Of a DNA stretch of 64,000 nucleotides, positions 36,368 to 50,297 are shown in pieces. How positions within the stretch are numbered: the first letter of the stretch is position 1; every line of letters begins with the position of its first letter. This stretch comes from the human T2T-CHM13v2.0 reference genome, Homo sapiens, in assembly GCA_009914755.4 (NCBI GenBank), contig CP068257.2, positions 11,104,001 through 11,168,000 on the forward strand, given 5' to 3'. Both the position numbers and the translations under genes were made by a program. Under the pieces are notes generated by a model. It was not told where the DNA came from. It did not search any database and saw nothing but the letters and a program-made list of their open reading frames with translations.

Positions 36368-37895
36368 AAAAATAGAGTTTCAAAGCTGCTCTGTAAAAAG
36401 AAAGGTTCCACTCTGTTAGCTGAGTACACACATCACAAACTTGTTTCTCAGAATCCTTCTGTCTCGTTTTTATGGGAAGATACTTACTTTTCCACCGTAG
36501 GCATCAAAGCGCTCCAAATGTCCACATCCAGATACTCCAGAACGAGTGTTTCAAACCTGCTCTATGAAAGGGAATCTTCAACTCTATGAGTTGAATGCAG
36601 ACATCAGAAAGAAATTTCTGAGAATGCTGCTGTCTACCTTTTATTTGAATTCCCGCTTCCAACGAAATCCTCCAAGCTATCCAAATATCCACCTGCATTT
36701 TCCACAACAAGAGTGTTTCAAAACTGCTCTATCAATAGAAATGTTCAACTCCTTTGGCTGGGTACACACATCACAAACAAGTTTCTGAGAATGCTTCTGT
36801 CTAGTTTTTATGGGAAGACGTTCCCTTTTTCACCAAAGGCATCCAAGCGCTCCAAATGTCCACATCCAGATACTCCAGAAAGAGTGTTTCAAACCTGCTC
36901 TATGAAAGGGAATCTTCAACTCTATGAGTTGAATGCAGACATCAGAAAGAAATTTCTGAGAATGCTGCTGTCTACCTTTTATTTGAATTCCCGCTTCCAA
37001 CGAAATCCTCCAAGCTATCCAAATATCCACTTGCAGATTCCACAAAAAGAGTGTTTCAAAACTGCTCTCTATCAATGGCAAAGTTCAACTCTGTTAGTTG
37101 AGGACACATATCACCAACAAGTTTCTGAGAATGCTTCTGTCTATTTTTTATGGGAAGATATTTCCTTTTTCACCATAGGCGTCAAGGCGATCGAAATGTC
37201 CACTTCCACAAACTACAAAAAGAGTGTTTCAAACCTGCTCTATGAAAGGCCATGTTCATCTCTATGAGTTGAATGGAAATATCCGAAAGAAATTTCTGGG
37301 AATGCTGCTGTCTAGTGTTTATACGAATTCCCGCTTCCAACGAAATCCTCAAAGCAATCCAAATATCCACTTGCAGAATCCACAAAAAGAGTGTTTCAAA
37401 ACTGCTCTATCAATAGAAAGGTTCAACTCTTTTAGTTGAGTACACACATCACGAACAAGTTTCTGAGAATGCTTCTGTCTGGCTTTTATTGGAAGACGTT
37501 TCCTTTTCAACAAAGGCATCAAAGCGCTCCAAATGTCCACTTCCAGATTCTTCCAAAAGAGTGTTTCAAACGTGCTCAAAGTAAGGGAATGTTCAACTCT
37601 GTGACTTGAATGCAGATATCACCAAGTAGTTTCTAATAGTGCTTCTGCCTACATTTTAGATGATGATATTCCCTTTTCCAACGAAATCGTTAGAGCTATC
37701 CAAATATCCAGTTACAGTTTCTACCAAAAGGGTGTTTCCAAATTGCTGCATCAAAAGAAAGGTTCAACTCTGTTAGTTGAGGACACACATCACAAAGAAG
37801 TTTGTGAGAATGCTTCTGTCTAGATTTTGTATGACGATATTCCCTTTTCCAACGATATCGTTAAAGCAATCTAAATATCAATTTGCAGAATCCAC
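36368..37895 (-). repeat. HOR unit 21: 9-mer variant (1528 bp)
   Basis: Same m3/m5 junction 'ggcatccaagcgc' at ~36840-36866. Identical ORF artefacts to unit 17 (the 184-aa fusion ORF at 36713). Confidence 0.9.
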
Positions 37896-39765
37896 AAAAA
37901 TAGAGTTTCAAAGCTGCTCTGTAAAAAGAAAGGTTCCACTCTGTTAGCTGAGTACACACATCACAAACTTGTTTCTGAGAATCCTTCTGTCTCGTTTTTA
38001 TGGGAAGATATTTACTTTTCCACCGTAGGCATCAAAGCGCTCCAAATGTCCACATCCAGATACTCCAGAACGAGTGTTTCAAACCTGCTCTATGAAAGGG
38101 AATCTTCAACTCTATGAGTTGAATGCAGACATCAGAAAGAAATTTCTGAGAATGCTGCTGTCTACCTTTTATTTGAATTCCCGCTTCCAACGAAATCCTC
38201 CAAGCTATCCAAATATCCACCTGCATTTTCCACAAAAAGAGTGTTTCAAAACTGCTCTATCAATAGAAATGTTCAACTCCTTTGGCTGGGTACACACATC
38301 ACAAACAAGTTTCTGAGAATGCTTCTGTCTAGTTTTTATGGGAAGACATTCCCTTTTTCACCAAAGACATCAAAGCGCTCCAAATGTCCACTTCCAGACA
38401 CTACAAAAAGAGTGTTTCAAACGTGCTCTAAGAAAGCGAATGTTCAACTCTGTGACTTGAATGCAGATATCACAAAGTAGTTTCTGAGAGGGCTTCTGTC
38501 TAGATTTTAGATGATGATATTCCCGTTTCCAACGAAATCATTAGAGCTATCCAAATATCCACTTACAGTTTCTACAAAAAGAGTGTTTCCAAACTGCTGC
38601 ATCAAAAGAGAGGTTCCACTCTGTTAGCTGAGTACACACATCACAAACTTGTTTCTCAGAATCCTTCTGTCTCGTTTTTATGGGAAGATATTTACTTTTT
38701 CACCGTAGGCATCAAAGCGCTCCAAATGTCCACATCCAGATACTCCAGAAAGAGTGTTTCAAACCTGCTCTATGAAAGGGAATCTTCAACTCTATGAGTT
38801 GAATGCAGACATCAGAAAGAAATTTCTGAGAATGCTGCTGTCTACCTTTTATTTGAATTCCCGCTTCCAACGAAATCCTCCAAGCTATCCAAATATCCAC
38901 TTGCAGATTCCACAAAAAGAGTGTTTCAAAACTGCTCTCTATCAATGGCAAAGTTCAACTCTGTTAGTTGAGGACACATATCACCAACAAGTTTCTGAGA
39001 ATGCTTCTGTCTATTTTTTATGGGAAGATATTTCCTTTTTCACCGTAGGCGTCAAGGCGATCGAAATGTCCACTTCCACAAACTACAAAAAGAGTGTTTC
39101 AAACCTGCTCTATGAAAGGCCATGTTCATCTCTATGAGTTGAATGGAAATATCCGAAAGAAATTTCTGGGAATGCTGCTGTCTAGTGTTTATACGAATTC
39201 CCGCTTCCAACGTAATCCTCAAAGCAATCCAAATATCCACTTGCAGAATCCACAAAAAGAGTGTTTCAAAACTGCTCTATCAATAGAAAGGTTCAACTCT
39301 TTTAGTTGAGTACACACATCACGAACAAGTTTCTGAGAATGCTTCTGTCTGGCTTTTATTGGAAGACGTTTCCTTTTCACCAAAGGCATCAAAGCGCTCC
39401 AAATGTCCACTTCCAGATTCTTCCAAAAGAGTGTTTCAAACGTGCTCAAAGTAAGGGAATGTTCAACTCTGTGACTTGAATGCAGATATCACCAAGTAGT
39501 TTCTAATAGTGCTTCTGTCTACATTTTAGATGATGATATTCCCGTTTCCAACGAAATCGCTAGAGCTATCCAAATATCCAGTTACAGTTTCTACCAAAAG
39601 GGTGTTTCCAAATTGCTGCATCAAAAGAAAGGTTCAACTCTGTTAGTTGAGGACACACATCACAAAGAAGTTTGTGAGAATGCTTCTGTCTAGGTTTTGT
39701 ATGACGATATTCCCTTTTCCAACGATATCGTTAAAGCAATCTAAATATCAATTTGCAGAATCCAC
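37896..39765 (-). repeat. HOR unit 22 (11-mer, 1870 bp; haplotype A)
   Basis: Same markers as unit 18 ('cgtaat' at 39211, 'cgctagag' at 39551, 'ctaggttttg' at 39681). Confidence 0.9.
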
Positions 39766-41633
39766 AAAAATAGAGTTTCAAAGCTGCTCTGTAAAAAGAA
39801 AGGTTCCACTCTGTTAGCTGAGTACACACATCACAAACTTGTTTCTGAGAATCCTTCTGTCTCGTTTTTATGGGAAGATACTTACTTTTCCACCGTAGGC
39901 ATCAAAGCGCTCCAAATGTCCACATCCAGATACTCCAGAACGAGTGTTTCAAACCTGCTCTATGAAAGGGAATCTTCAACTCTATGAGTTGAATGCAGAC
40001 ATCAGAAAGAAATTTCTGAGAATGCTGCTGTCTACCTTTTATTTGAATTCCCGCTTCCAACGAAATCCTCCAAGCTATCCAAATATCCACCTGCATTTTC
40101 CACAACAAGAGTGTTTCAAAACTGCTCTATCAATAGAAATGTTCAACTCCTTTGGCTGGGTACACACATCACAAACAAGTTTCTGAGAATGCTTCTGTCT
40201 AGTTTTTATGGGAAGACGTTCCCTTTTTCACCAAAGGCATCAAAGCGCTCCAAATGTCCACTTCCAGACACTACAAAAAGAGTGTTTCAAACGTGCTCTA
40301 AGAAAGCGAATGTTCAACTCTGTGACTTGAATGCACATATCACAAAGTAGTTCCTGAGAGGGCTTCTGTCTAGATTTTAGATGATGATATTCCCGTTTCC
40401 AACAAAATCATTAGAGCTTCCAAATATCCACTTACAGTTTCTACAAAAAGAGTGTTTCCAAACTGCTGCATCAAAAGAGAGGTTCCACTCTGTTAGCTGA
40501 GTACACACATCACAAACTTGTTTCTCAGAATCCTTCTGTCTCGTTTTTATGGGAAGATTATACTTTTTCACCGTAGGCATCAAAGCGCTCCAAATGTCCA
40601 CATCCAGATACTCCAGAAAGAGTGTTTCAAACCTGCCCTATGAAAGGGAATCTTCAACTCTATGAGTTGAATGCAGACATCAGAAAGAAATTTCTGAGAA
40701 TGCTGCTGTCTACCTTTTATTTGAATTCCCGCTTCCAACGAAATCCTCCAAGCTATCCAAATATCCACTTGCAGATTCCACAAAAAGAGTGTTTCAAAAC
40801 TGCTCTCTATCAATGGCAAAGTTCAACTCTGTTAGTTGAGGACACATATCACCAACAAGTTTCTGAGAATGCTTCTGTCTATTTTTTATGGGAAGATATT
40901 TCCTTTTTCACCGTAGGCGTCAAGGCGATCGAAATGTCCACTTCCACAAACTACAAAAAGAGTGTTTCAAACCTGCTCTATGAAAGGCCATGTTCATCTC
41001 TATGAGTTGAATGGAAATATCCGAAAGAAATTTCTGGGAATGCTGCTGTCTAGTGTTTATACGAATTCCCGCTTCCAACGAAATCCTCAAAGCAATCCAA
41101 ATATCCACTTGCAGAATCCACAAAAAGAGTGTTTCAAAACTGCTCTATCAATAGAAAGGTTCAACTCTTTTAGTTGAGTACACACATCACGAACAAGTTT
41201 CTGAGAATGCTTCTGTCTGGCTTTTATTGGAAGACGTTTCCTTTTCACCAAAGGCATCAAAGCGCTCCAAATGTCCACTTCCAGATTCTTCCAAAAGAGT
41301 GTTTCAAACGTGCTCAAAGTAAGGGAATGTTCAACTCTGTGACTTGAATGCAGATATCACCAAGTAGTTTCTAATAGTGCTTCTGCCTACATTTTAGATG
41401 ATGATATTCCCTTTTCCAACGAAATCGTTAGAGCTATCCAAATATCCAGTTACAGTTTCTACCAAAAGGGTGTTTCCAAATTGCTGCATCAAAAGAAAGG
41501 TTCAACTCTGTTAGTTGAGGACACACATCACAAAGAAGTTTGTGAGAATGCTTCTGTCTAGATTTTGTATGACGATATTCCCTTTTCCAACGATATCGTT
41601 AAAGCAATCTAAATATCAATTTGCAGAATCCAC
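39766..41633 (-). repeat. HOR unit 23 (11-mer, 1868 bp; haplotype B1)
   Basis: 'gcacatatc'. 'gtagttcctgag' variant. m4 box CAAA (40391-40407). 'gattatac'. m6 'cctgccctatg'. m10 'ctgcctac' with box CCCT. m9 reverted to 'ttcaccaaagg'. Confidence 0.9.
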
Positions 41634-43503
41634 AAAAATAGAGTTTCAAAGCTGCTCTGTAAAAAGAAAGGTTCCACTCTGTTAGCTGAGTACACACATC
41701 ACAAACTTGTTTCTGAGAATCCTTCTGTCTCGTTTTTATGGGAAGATATTTACTTTTCCACCGTAGGCATCAAAGCGCTCCAAATGTCCACATCCAGATA
41801 CTCCAGAACGAGTGTTTCAAACCTGCTCTATGAAAGGGAATCTTCAACTCTATGAGTTGAATGCAGACATCAGAAAGAAATTTCTGAGAATGCTGCTGTC
41901 TACCTTTTATTTGAATTCCCGCTTCCAACGAAATCCTCCAAGCTATCCAAATATCCACCTGCATTTTCCACAAAAAGAGTGTTTCAAAACTGCTCTATCA
42001 ATAGAAATGTTCAACTCCTTTGGCTGGGTACACACATCACAAACAAGTTTCTGAGAATGCTTCTGTCTAGTTTTTATGGGAAGACATTCCCTTTTTCACC
42101 AAAGACATCAAAGCGCTCCAAATGTCCACTTCCAGACACTACAAAAAGAGTGTTTCAAACGTGCTCTAAGAAAGCGAATGTTCAACTCTGTGACTTGAAT
42201 GCAGATATCACAAAGTAGTTTCTGAGAGGGCTTCTGTCTAGATTTTAGATGATGATATTCCCGTTTCCAACGAAATCATTAGAGCTATCCAAATATCCAC
42301 TTACAGTTTCTACAAAAAGAGTGTTTCCAAACTGCTGCATCAAAAGAGAGGTTCCACTCTGTTAGCCGAGTACACACATCACAAACTTGTTTCTCAGAAT
42401 CCTTCTGTCTCGTTTTTATGGGAAGATATTTACTTTTTCACCGTAGGCATCAAAGCGCTCCAAATGTCCACATCCAGATACTCCAGAAAGAGTGTTTCAA
42501 ACCTGCTCTATGAAAGGGAATCTTCAACTCTATGAGTTGAATGCAGACATCAGAAAGAAATTTCTGAGAATGCTGCTGTCTACCTTTTATTTGAATTCCC
42601 GCTTCCAACGAAATCCTCCAAGCTATCCAAATATCCACTTGCAGATTCCACAAAAAGAGTGTTTCAAAACTGCTCTCTATCAATGGCAAAGTTCAACTCT
42701 GTTAGTTGAGGACACATATCACCAACAAGTTTCTGAGAATGCTTCTGTCTATTTTTTATGGGAAGATATTTCCTTTTTCACCGTAGGCGTCAAGGCGATC
42801 GAAATGTCCACTTCCACAAACTACAAAAAGAGTGTTTCAAACCTGCTCTATGAAAGGCCATGTTCATCTCTATGAGTTGAATGGAAATATCCGAAAGAAA
42901 TTTCTGGGAATGCTGCTGTCTAGTGTTTATACGAATTCCCGCTTCCAACGTAATCCTCAAAGCAATCCAAATATCCACTTGCAGAATCCACAAAAAGAGT
43001 GTTTCAAAACTGCTCTATCAATAGAAAGGTTCAACTCTTTTAGTTGAGTACACACATCACGAACAAGTTTCTGAGAATGCTTCTGTCTGGCTTTTATTGG
43101 AAGACGTTTCCTTTTCACCAAAGGCATCAAAGCGCTCCAAATGTCCACTTCCAGATTCTTCCAAAAGAGTGTTTCAAACGTGCTCAAAGTAAGGGAATGT
43201 TCAACTCTGTGACTTGAATGCAGATATCACCAAGTAGTTTCTAATAGTGCTTCTGTCTACATTTTAGATGATGATATTCCCGTTTCCAACGAAATCGCTA
43301 GAGCTATCCAAATATCCAGTTACAGTTTCTACCAAAAGGGTGTTTCCAAATTGCTGCATCAAAAGAAAGGTTCAACTCTGTTAGTTGAGGACACACATCA
43401 CAAAGAAGTTTGTGAGAATGCTTCTGTCTAGATTTTGTATGACGATATTCCCTTTTCCAACGATATCGTTAAAGCAATCTAAATATCAATTTGCAGAATC
43501 CAC
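41634..43503 (-). repeat. HOR unit 24 (11-mer, 1870 bp; haplotype C)
   Basis: m5 'gccgag' (42361). m8 'cgtaat' (42951). m10 intact box. m11 'ctagattttg'. Confidence 0.9.
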
Positions 43504-45031
43504 AAAAATAGAGTTTCAAAGCTGCTCTGTAAAAAGAAAGGTTCCACTCTGTTAGCTGAGTACACACATCACAAACTTGTTTCTCAGAATCCTTCTGTCT
43601 CGTTTTTATGGGAAGATACTTACTTTTCCACCGTAGGCATCAAAGCGCTCCAAATGTCCACATCCAGATACTCCAGAACGAGTGTTTCAAACCTGCTCTA
43701 TGAAAGGGAATCTTCAACTCTATGAGTTGAATGCAGACATCAGAAAGAAATTTCTGAGAATGCTGCTGTCTACCTTTTATTTGAATTCCCGCTTCCAACG
43801 AAATCCTCCAAGCTATCCAAATATCCACCTGCATTTTCCACAACAAGAGTGTTTCAAAACTGCTCTATCAATAGAAATGTTCAACTCCTTTGGCTGGGTA
43901 CACACATCACAAACAAGTTTCTGAGAATGCTTCTGTCTAGTTTTTATGGGAAGACGTTCCCTTTTTCACCAAAGGCATCCAAGCGCTCCAAATGTCCACA
44001 TCCAGATACTCCAGAAAGAGTGTTTCAAACCTGCTCTATGAAAGGGAATCTTCAACTCTATGAGTTGAATGCAGACATCAGAAAGAAATTTCTGAGAATG
44101 CTGCTGTCTACCTTTTATTTGAATTCCCGCTTCCAACGAAATCCTCCAAGCTATCCAAATATCCACTTGCAGATTCCACAAAAAGAGTGTTTCAAAACTG
44201 CTCTCTATCAATGGCAAAGTTCAACTCTGTTAGTTGAGGACACATATCACCAACAAGTTTCTGAGAATGCTTCTGTCTATTTTTTATGGGAAGATATTTC
44301 CTTTTTCACCATAGGCGTCAAGGCGATCGAAATGTCCACTTCCACAAACTACAAAAAGAGTGTTTCAAACCTGCTCTATGAAAGGCCATGTTCATCTCTA
44401 TGAGTTGAATGGAAATATCCGAAAGAAATTTCTGGGAATGCTGCTGTCTAGTGTTTATACGAATTCCCGCTTCCAACGAAATCCTCAAAGCAATCCAAAT
44501 ATCCACTTGCAGAATCCACAAAAAGAGTGTTTCAAAACTGCTCTATCAATAGAAAGGTTCAACTCTTTTAGTTGAGTACACACATCACGAACAAGTTTCT
44601 GAGAATGCTTCTGTCTGGCTTTTATTGGAAGACGTTTCCTTTTCAACAAAGGCATCAAAGCGCTCCAAATGTCCACTTCCAGATTCTTCCAAAAGAGTGT
44701 TTCAAACGTGCTCAAAGTAAGGGAATGTTCAACTCTGTGACTTGAATGCAGATATCACCAAGTAGTTTCTAATAGTGCTTCTGCCTACATTTTAGATGAT
44801 GATATTCCCTTTTCCAACGAAATCGTTAGAGCTATCCAAATATCCAGTTACAGTTTCTACCAAAAGGGTGTTTCCAAATTGCTGCATCAAAAGAAAGGTT
44901 CAACTCTGTTAGTTGAGGACACACATCACAAAGAAGTTTGTGAGAATGCTTCTGTCTAGATTTTGTATGACGATATTCCCTTTTCCAACGATATCGTTAA
45001 AGCAATCTAAATATCAATTTGCAGAATCCAC
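43504..45031 (-). repeat. HOR unit 25: 9-mer variant (1528 bp)
   Basis: Junction 'ggcatccaagcgc' at ~43977-44000. 184-aa fusion ORF at 43849. Confidence 0.9.
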
Positions 45032-46899
45032 AAAAATAGAGTTTCAAAGCTGCTCTGTAAAAAGAAAGGTTCCACTCTGTTAGCTGAGTACACACATCAC
45101 AAACTTGTTTCTGAGAATCCTTCTGTCTCGTTTTTATGGGAAGATATTTACTTTTCCACCGTAGGCATCAAAGCGCTCCAAATGTCCACATCCAGATACT
45201 CCAGAACGAGTGTTTCAAACCTGCTCTATGAAAGGGAATCTTCAACTCTATGAGTTGAATGCAGACATCAGAAAGAAATTTCTGAGAATGCTGCTGTCTA
45301 CCTTTTATTTGAATTCCCGCTTCCAACGAAATCCTCCAAGCTATCCAAATATCCACCTGCATTTTCCACAAAAAGAGTGTTTCAAAACTGCTCTATCAAT
45401 AGAAATGTTCAACTCCTTTGGCTGGGTACACACATCACAAACAAGTTTCTGAGAATGCTTCTGTCTAGTTTTTATGGGAAGACATTCCCTTTTTCACCAA
45501 AGACATCAAAGCGCTCCAAATGTCCACTTCCAGACACTACAAAAAGAGTGTTTCAAACGTGCTCTAAGAAAGCGAATGTTCAACTCTGTGACTTGAATGC
45601 ACATATCACAAAGTAGTTTCTGAGAGGGCTTCTGTCTAGATTTTAGATGATGATATTCCCGTTTCCAACAAAATCATTAGAGCTTCCAAATATCCACTTA
45701 CAGTTTCTACAAAAAGAGTGTTTCCAAACTGCTGCATCAAAAGAGAGGTTCCACTCTGTTAGCTGAGTACACACATCACAAACTTGTTTCTCAGAATCCT
45801 TCTGTCTCGTTTTTATGGGAAGATTATACTTTTTCACCGTAGGCATCAAAGCGCTCCAAATGTCCACATCCAGATACTCCAGAAAGAGTGTTTCAAACCT
45901 GCCCTATGAAAGGGAATCTTCAACTCTATGAGTTGAATGCAGACATCAGAAAGAAATTTCTGAGAATGCTGCTGTCTACCTTTTATTTGAATTCCCGCTT
46001 CCAACGAAATCCTCCAAGCTATCCAAATATCCACTTGCAGATTCCACAAAAAGAGTGTTTCAAAACTGCTCTCTATCAATGGCAAAGTTCAACTCTGTTA
46101 GTTGAGGACACATATCACCAACAAGTTTCTGAGAATGCTTCTGTCTATTTTTTATGGGAAGATATTTCCTTTTTCACCGTAGGCGTCAAGGCGATCGAAA
46201 TGTCCACTTCCACAAACTACAAAAAGAGTGTTTCAAACCTGCTCTATGAAAGGCCATGTTCATCTCTATGAGTTGAATGGAAATATCCGAAAGAAATTTC
46301 TGGGAATGCTGCTGTCTAGTGTTTATACGAATTCCCGCTTCCAACGAAATCCTCAAAGCAATCCAAATATCCACTTGCAGAATCCACAAAAAGAGTGTTT
46401 CAAAACTGCTCTATCAATAGAAAGGTTCAACTCTTTTAGTTGAGTACACACATCACGAACAAGTTTCTGAGAATGCTTCTGTCTGGCTTTTATTGGAAGA
46501 CGTTTCCTTTTCAACAAAGGCATCAAAGCGCTCCAAATGTCCACTTCCAGATTCTTCCAAAAGAGTGTTTCAAACGTGCTCAAAGTAAGGGAATGTTCAA
46601 CTCTGTGACTTGAATGCAGATATCACCAAGTAGTTTCTAATAGTGCTTCTGCCTACATTTTAGATGATGATATTCCCTTTTCCAACGAAATCGTTAGAGC
46701 TATCCAAATATCCAGTTACAGTTTCTACCAAAAGGGTGTTTCCAAATTGCTGCATCAAAAGAAAGGTTCAACTCTGTTAGTTGAGGACACACATCACAAA
46801 GAAGTTTGTGAGAATGCTTCTGTCTAGATTTTGTATGACGATATTCCCTTTTCCAACGATATCGTTAAAGCAATCTAAATATCAATTTGCAGAATCCAC
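45032..46899 (-). repeat. HOR unit 26 (11-mer, 1868 bp; A/B1 recombinant)
   Basis: m1-m3 carry the A markers ('gatatttacttttcc', 'gacattccc', 'aagacatcaaag' at 45501-45515). From 'gcacatatc' (45600-45608) onward the markers are B1: m4 box CAAA (45657-45673), 'gattatac' (~45825), 'cctgccctatg', 'ctgcctac', box CCCT. Confidence 0.88.
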
Positions 46900-48769
46900 A
46901 AAAATAGAGTTTCAAAGCTGCTCTGTAAAAAGAAAGGTTCCACTCTGTTAGCTGAGTACACACATCACAAACTTGTTTCTGAGAATCCTTCTGTCTCGTT
47001 TTTATGGGAAGATATTTACTTTTCCACCGTAGGCATCAAAGCGCTCCAAATGTCCACATCCAGATACTCCAGAACGAGTGTTTCAAACCTGCTCTATGAA
47101 AGGGAATCTTCAACTCTATGAGTTGAATGCAGACATCAGAAAGAAATTTCTGAGAATGCTGCTGTCTACCTTTTATTTGAATTCCCGCTTCCAACGAAAT
47201 CCTCCAAGCTATCCAAATATCCACCTGCATTTTCCACAAAAAGAGTGTTTCAAAACTGCTCTATCAATAGAAATGTTCAACTCCTTTGGCTGGGTACACA
47301 CATCACAAACAAGTTTCTGAGAATGCTTCTGTCTAGTTTTTATGGGAAGACATTCCCTTTTTCACCAAAGACATCAAAGCGCTCCAAATGTCCACTTCCA
47401 GACACTACAAAAAGAGTGTTTCAAACGTGCTCTAAGAAAGCGAATGTTCAACTCTGTGACTTGAATGCAGATATCACAAAGTAGTTTCTGAGAGGGCTTC
47501 TGTCTAGATTTTAGATGATGATATTCCCGTTTCCAACGAAATCATTAGAGCTATCCAAATATCCACTTACAGTTTCTACAAAAAGAGTGTTTCCAAACTG
47601 CTGCATCAAAAGAGAGGTTCCACTCTGTTAGCCGAGTACACACATCACAAACTTGTTTCTCAGAATCCTTCTGTCTCGTTTTTATGGGAAGATATTTACT
47701 TTTTCACCGTAGGCATCAAAGCGCTCCAAATGTCCACATCCAGATACTCCAGAAAGAGTGTTTCAAACCTGCTCTATGAAAGGGAATCTTCAACTCTATG
47801 AGTTGAATGCAGACATCAGAAAGAAATTTCTGAGAATGCTGCTGTCTACCTTTTATTTGAATTCCCGCTTCCAACGAAATCCTCCAAGCTATCCAAATAT
47901 CCACTTGCAGATTCCACAAAAAGAGTGTTTCAAAACTGCTCTCTATCAATGGCAAAGTTCAACTCTGTTAGTTGAGGACACATATCACCAACAAGTTTCT
48001 GAGAATGCTTCTGTCTATTTTTTATGGGAAGATATTTCCTTTTTCACCGTAGGCGTCAAGGCGATCGAAATGTCCACTTCCACAAACTACAAAAAGAGTG
48101 TTTCAAACCTGCTCTATGAAAGGCCATGTTCATCTCTATGAGTTGAATGGAAATATCCGAAAGAAATTTCTGGGAATGCTGCTGTCTAGTGTTTATACGA
48201 ATTCCCGCTTCCAACGAAATCCTCAAAGCAATCCAAATATCCACTTGCAGAATCCACAAAAAGAGTGTTTCAAAACTGCTCTATCAATAGAAAGGTTCAA
48301 CTCTTTTAGTTGAGTACACACATCACGAACAAGTTTCTGAGAATGCTTCTGTCTGGCTTTTATTGGAAGACGTTTCCTTTTCACCAAAGGCATCAAAGCG
48401 CTCCAAATGTCCACTTCCAGATTCTTCCAAAAGAGTGTTTCAAACGTGCTCAAAGTAAGGGAATGTTCAACTCTGTGACTTGAATGCAGATATCACCAAG
48501 TAGTTTCTAATAGTGCTTCTGTCTACATTTTAGATGATGATATTCCCGTTTCCAACGAAATCGCTAGAGCTATCCAAATATCCAGTTACAGTTTCTACCA
48601 AAAGGGTGTTTCCAAATTGCTGCATCAAAAGAAAGGTTCAACTCTGTTAGTTGAGGACACACATCACAAAGAAGTTTGTGAGAATGCTTCTGTCTAGATT
48701 TTGTATGACGATATTCCCTTTTCCAACGATATCGTTAAAGCAATCTAAATATCAATTTGCAGAATCCAC
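46900..48769 (-). repeat. HOR unit 27 (11-mer, 1870 bp; haplotype C)
   Basis: m5 'gccgag' (47631). m8 'cgaaat'. m10 intact box. Confidence 0.9.
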
Positions 48770-50297
48770 AAAAATAGAGTTTCAAAGCTGCTCTGTAAAA
48801 AGAAAGGTTCCACTCTGTTAGCTGAGTACACACATCACAAACTTGTTTCTCAGAATCCTTCTGTCTCGTTTTTATGGGAAGATACTTACTTTTCCACCGT
48901 AGGCATCAAAGCGCTCCAAATGTCCACATCCAGATACTCCAGAACGAGTGTTTCAAACCTGCTCTATGAAAGGGAATCTTCAACTCTATGAGTTGAATGC
49001 AGACATCAGAAAGAAATTTCTGAGAATGCTGCTGTCTACCTTTTATTTGAATTCCCGCTTCCAACGAAATCCTCCAAGCTATCCAAATATCCACCTGCAT
49101 TTTCCACAACAAGAGTGTTTCAAAACTGCTCTATCAATAGAAATGTTCAACTCCTTTGGCTGGGTACACACATCACAAACAAGTTTCTGAGAATGCTTCT
49201 GTCTAGTTTTTATGGGAAGACGTTCCCTTTTTCACCAAAGGCATCCAAGCGCTCCAAATGTCCACATCCAGATACTCCAGAAAGAGTGTTTCAAACCTGC
49301 TCTATGAAAGGGAATCTTCAACTCTATGAGTTGAATGCAGACATCAGAAAGAAATTTCTGAGAATGCTGCTGTCTACCTTTTATTTGAATTCCCGCTTCC
49401 AACGAAATCCTCCAAGCTATCCAAATATCCACTTGCAGATTCCACAAAAAGAGTGTTTCAAAACTGCTCTCTATCAATGGCAAAGTTCAACTCTGTTAGT
49501 TGAGGACACATATCACCAACAAGTTTCTGAGAATGCTTCTGTCTATTTTTTATGGGAAGATATTTCCTTTTTCACCATAGGCGTCAAGGCGATCGAAATG
49601 TCCACTTCCACAAACTACAAAAAGAGTGTTTCAAACCTGCTCTATGAAAGGCCATGTTCATCTCTATGAGTTGAATGGAAATATCCGAAAGAAATTTCTG
49701 GGAATGCTGCTGTCTAGTGTTTATACGAATTCCCGCTTCCAACGAAATCCTCAAAGCAATCCAAATATCCACTTGCAGAATCCACAAAAAGAGTGTTTCA
49801 AAACTGCTCTATCAATAGAAAGGTTCAACTCTTTTAGTTGAGTACACACATCACGAACAAGTTTCTGAGAATGCTTCTGTCTGGCTTTTATTGGAAGACG
49901 TTTCCTTTTCAACAAAGGCATCAAAGCGCTCCAAATGTCCACTTCCAGATTCTTCCAAAAGAGTGTTTCAAACGTGCTCAAAGTAAGGAAATGTTCAACT
50001 CTGTGACTTGAATGCAGATATCACCAAGTAGTTTCTAATAGTGCTTCTGCCTACATTTTAGATGATGATATTCCCTTTTCCAACGAAATCGTTAGAGCTA
50101 TCCAAATATCCAGTTACAGTTTCTACCAAAAGGGTGTTTCCAAATTGCTGCATCAAAAGAAAGGTTCAACTCTGTTAGTTGAGGACACACATCACAAAGA
50201 AGTTTGTGAGAATGCTTCTGTCTAGATTTTGTATGACGATATTCCCTTTTCCAACGATATCGTTAAAGCAATCTAAATATCAATTTGCAGAATCCAC
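48770..50297 (-). repeat. HOR unit 28: 9-mer variant (1528 bp)
   Basis: Junction 'ggcatccaagcgc' at ~49243-49266. Private variant 'gtaaggaaatg' at ~49983. Confidence 0.9.

Larger units (their letters stand above)
36368..43503 (-). repeat. Super-repeat copy S2 (7136 bp)
   Basis: Units 21-24 in the same order of haplotypes, with only a few single-base differences from S1. Confidence 0.88.
43504..48769 (-). repeat. Super-repeat copy S3, shortened (5266 bp = 31 monomers: 9-mer + A/B1 recombinant + C)
   Basis: Units 25-27. It is 1870 bp shorter than S1 and S2. The middle unit is an A-left/B1-right chimera. Confidence 0.85.
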
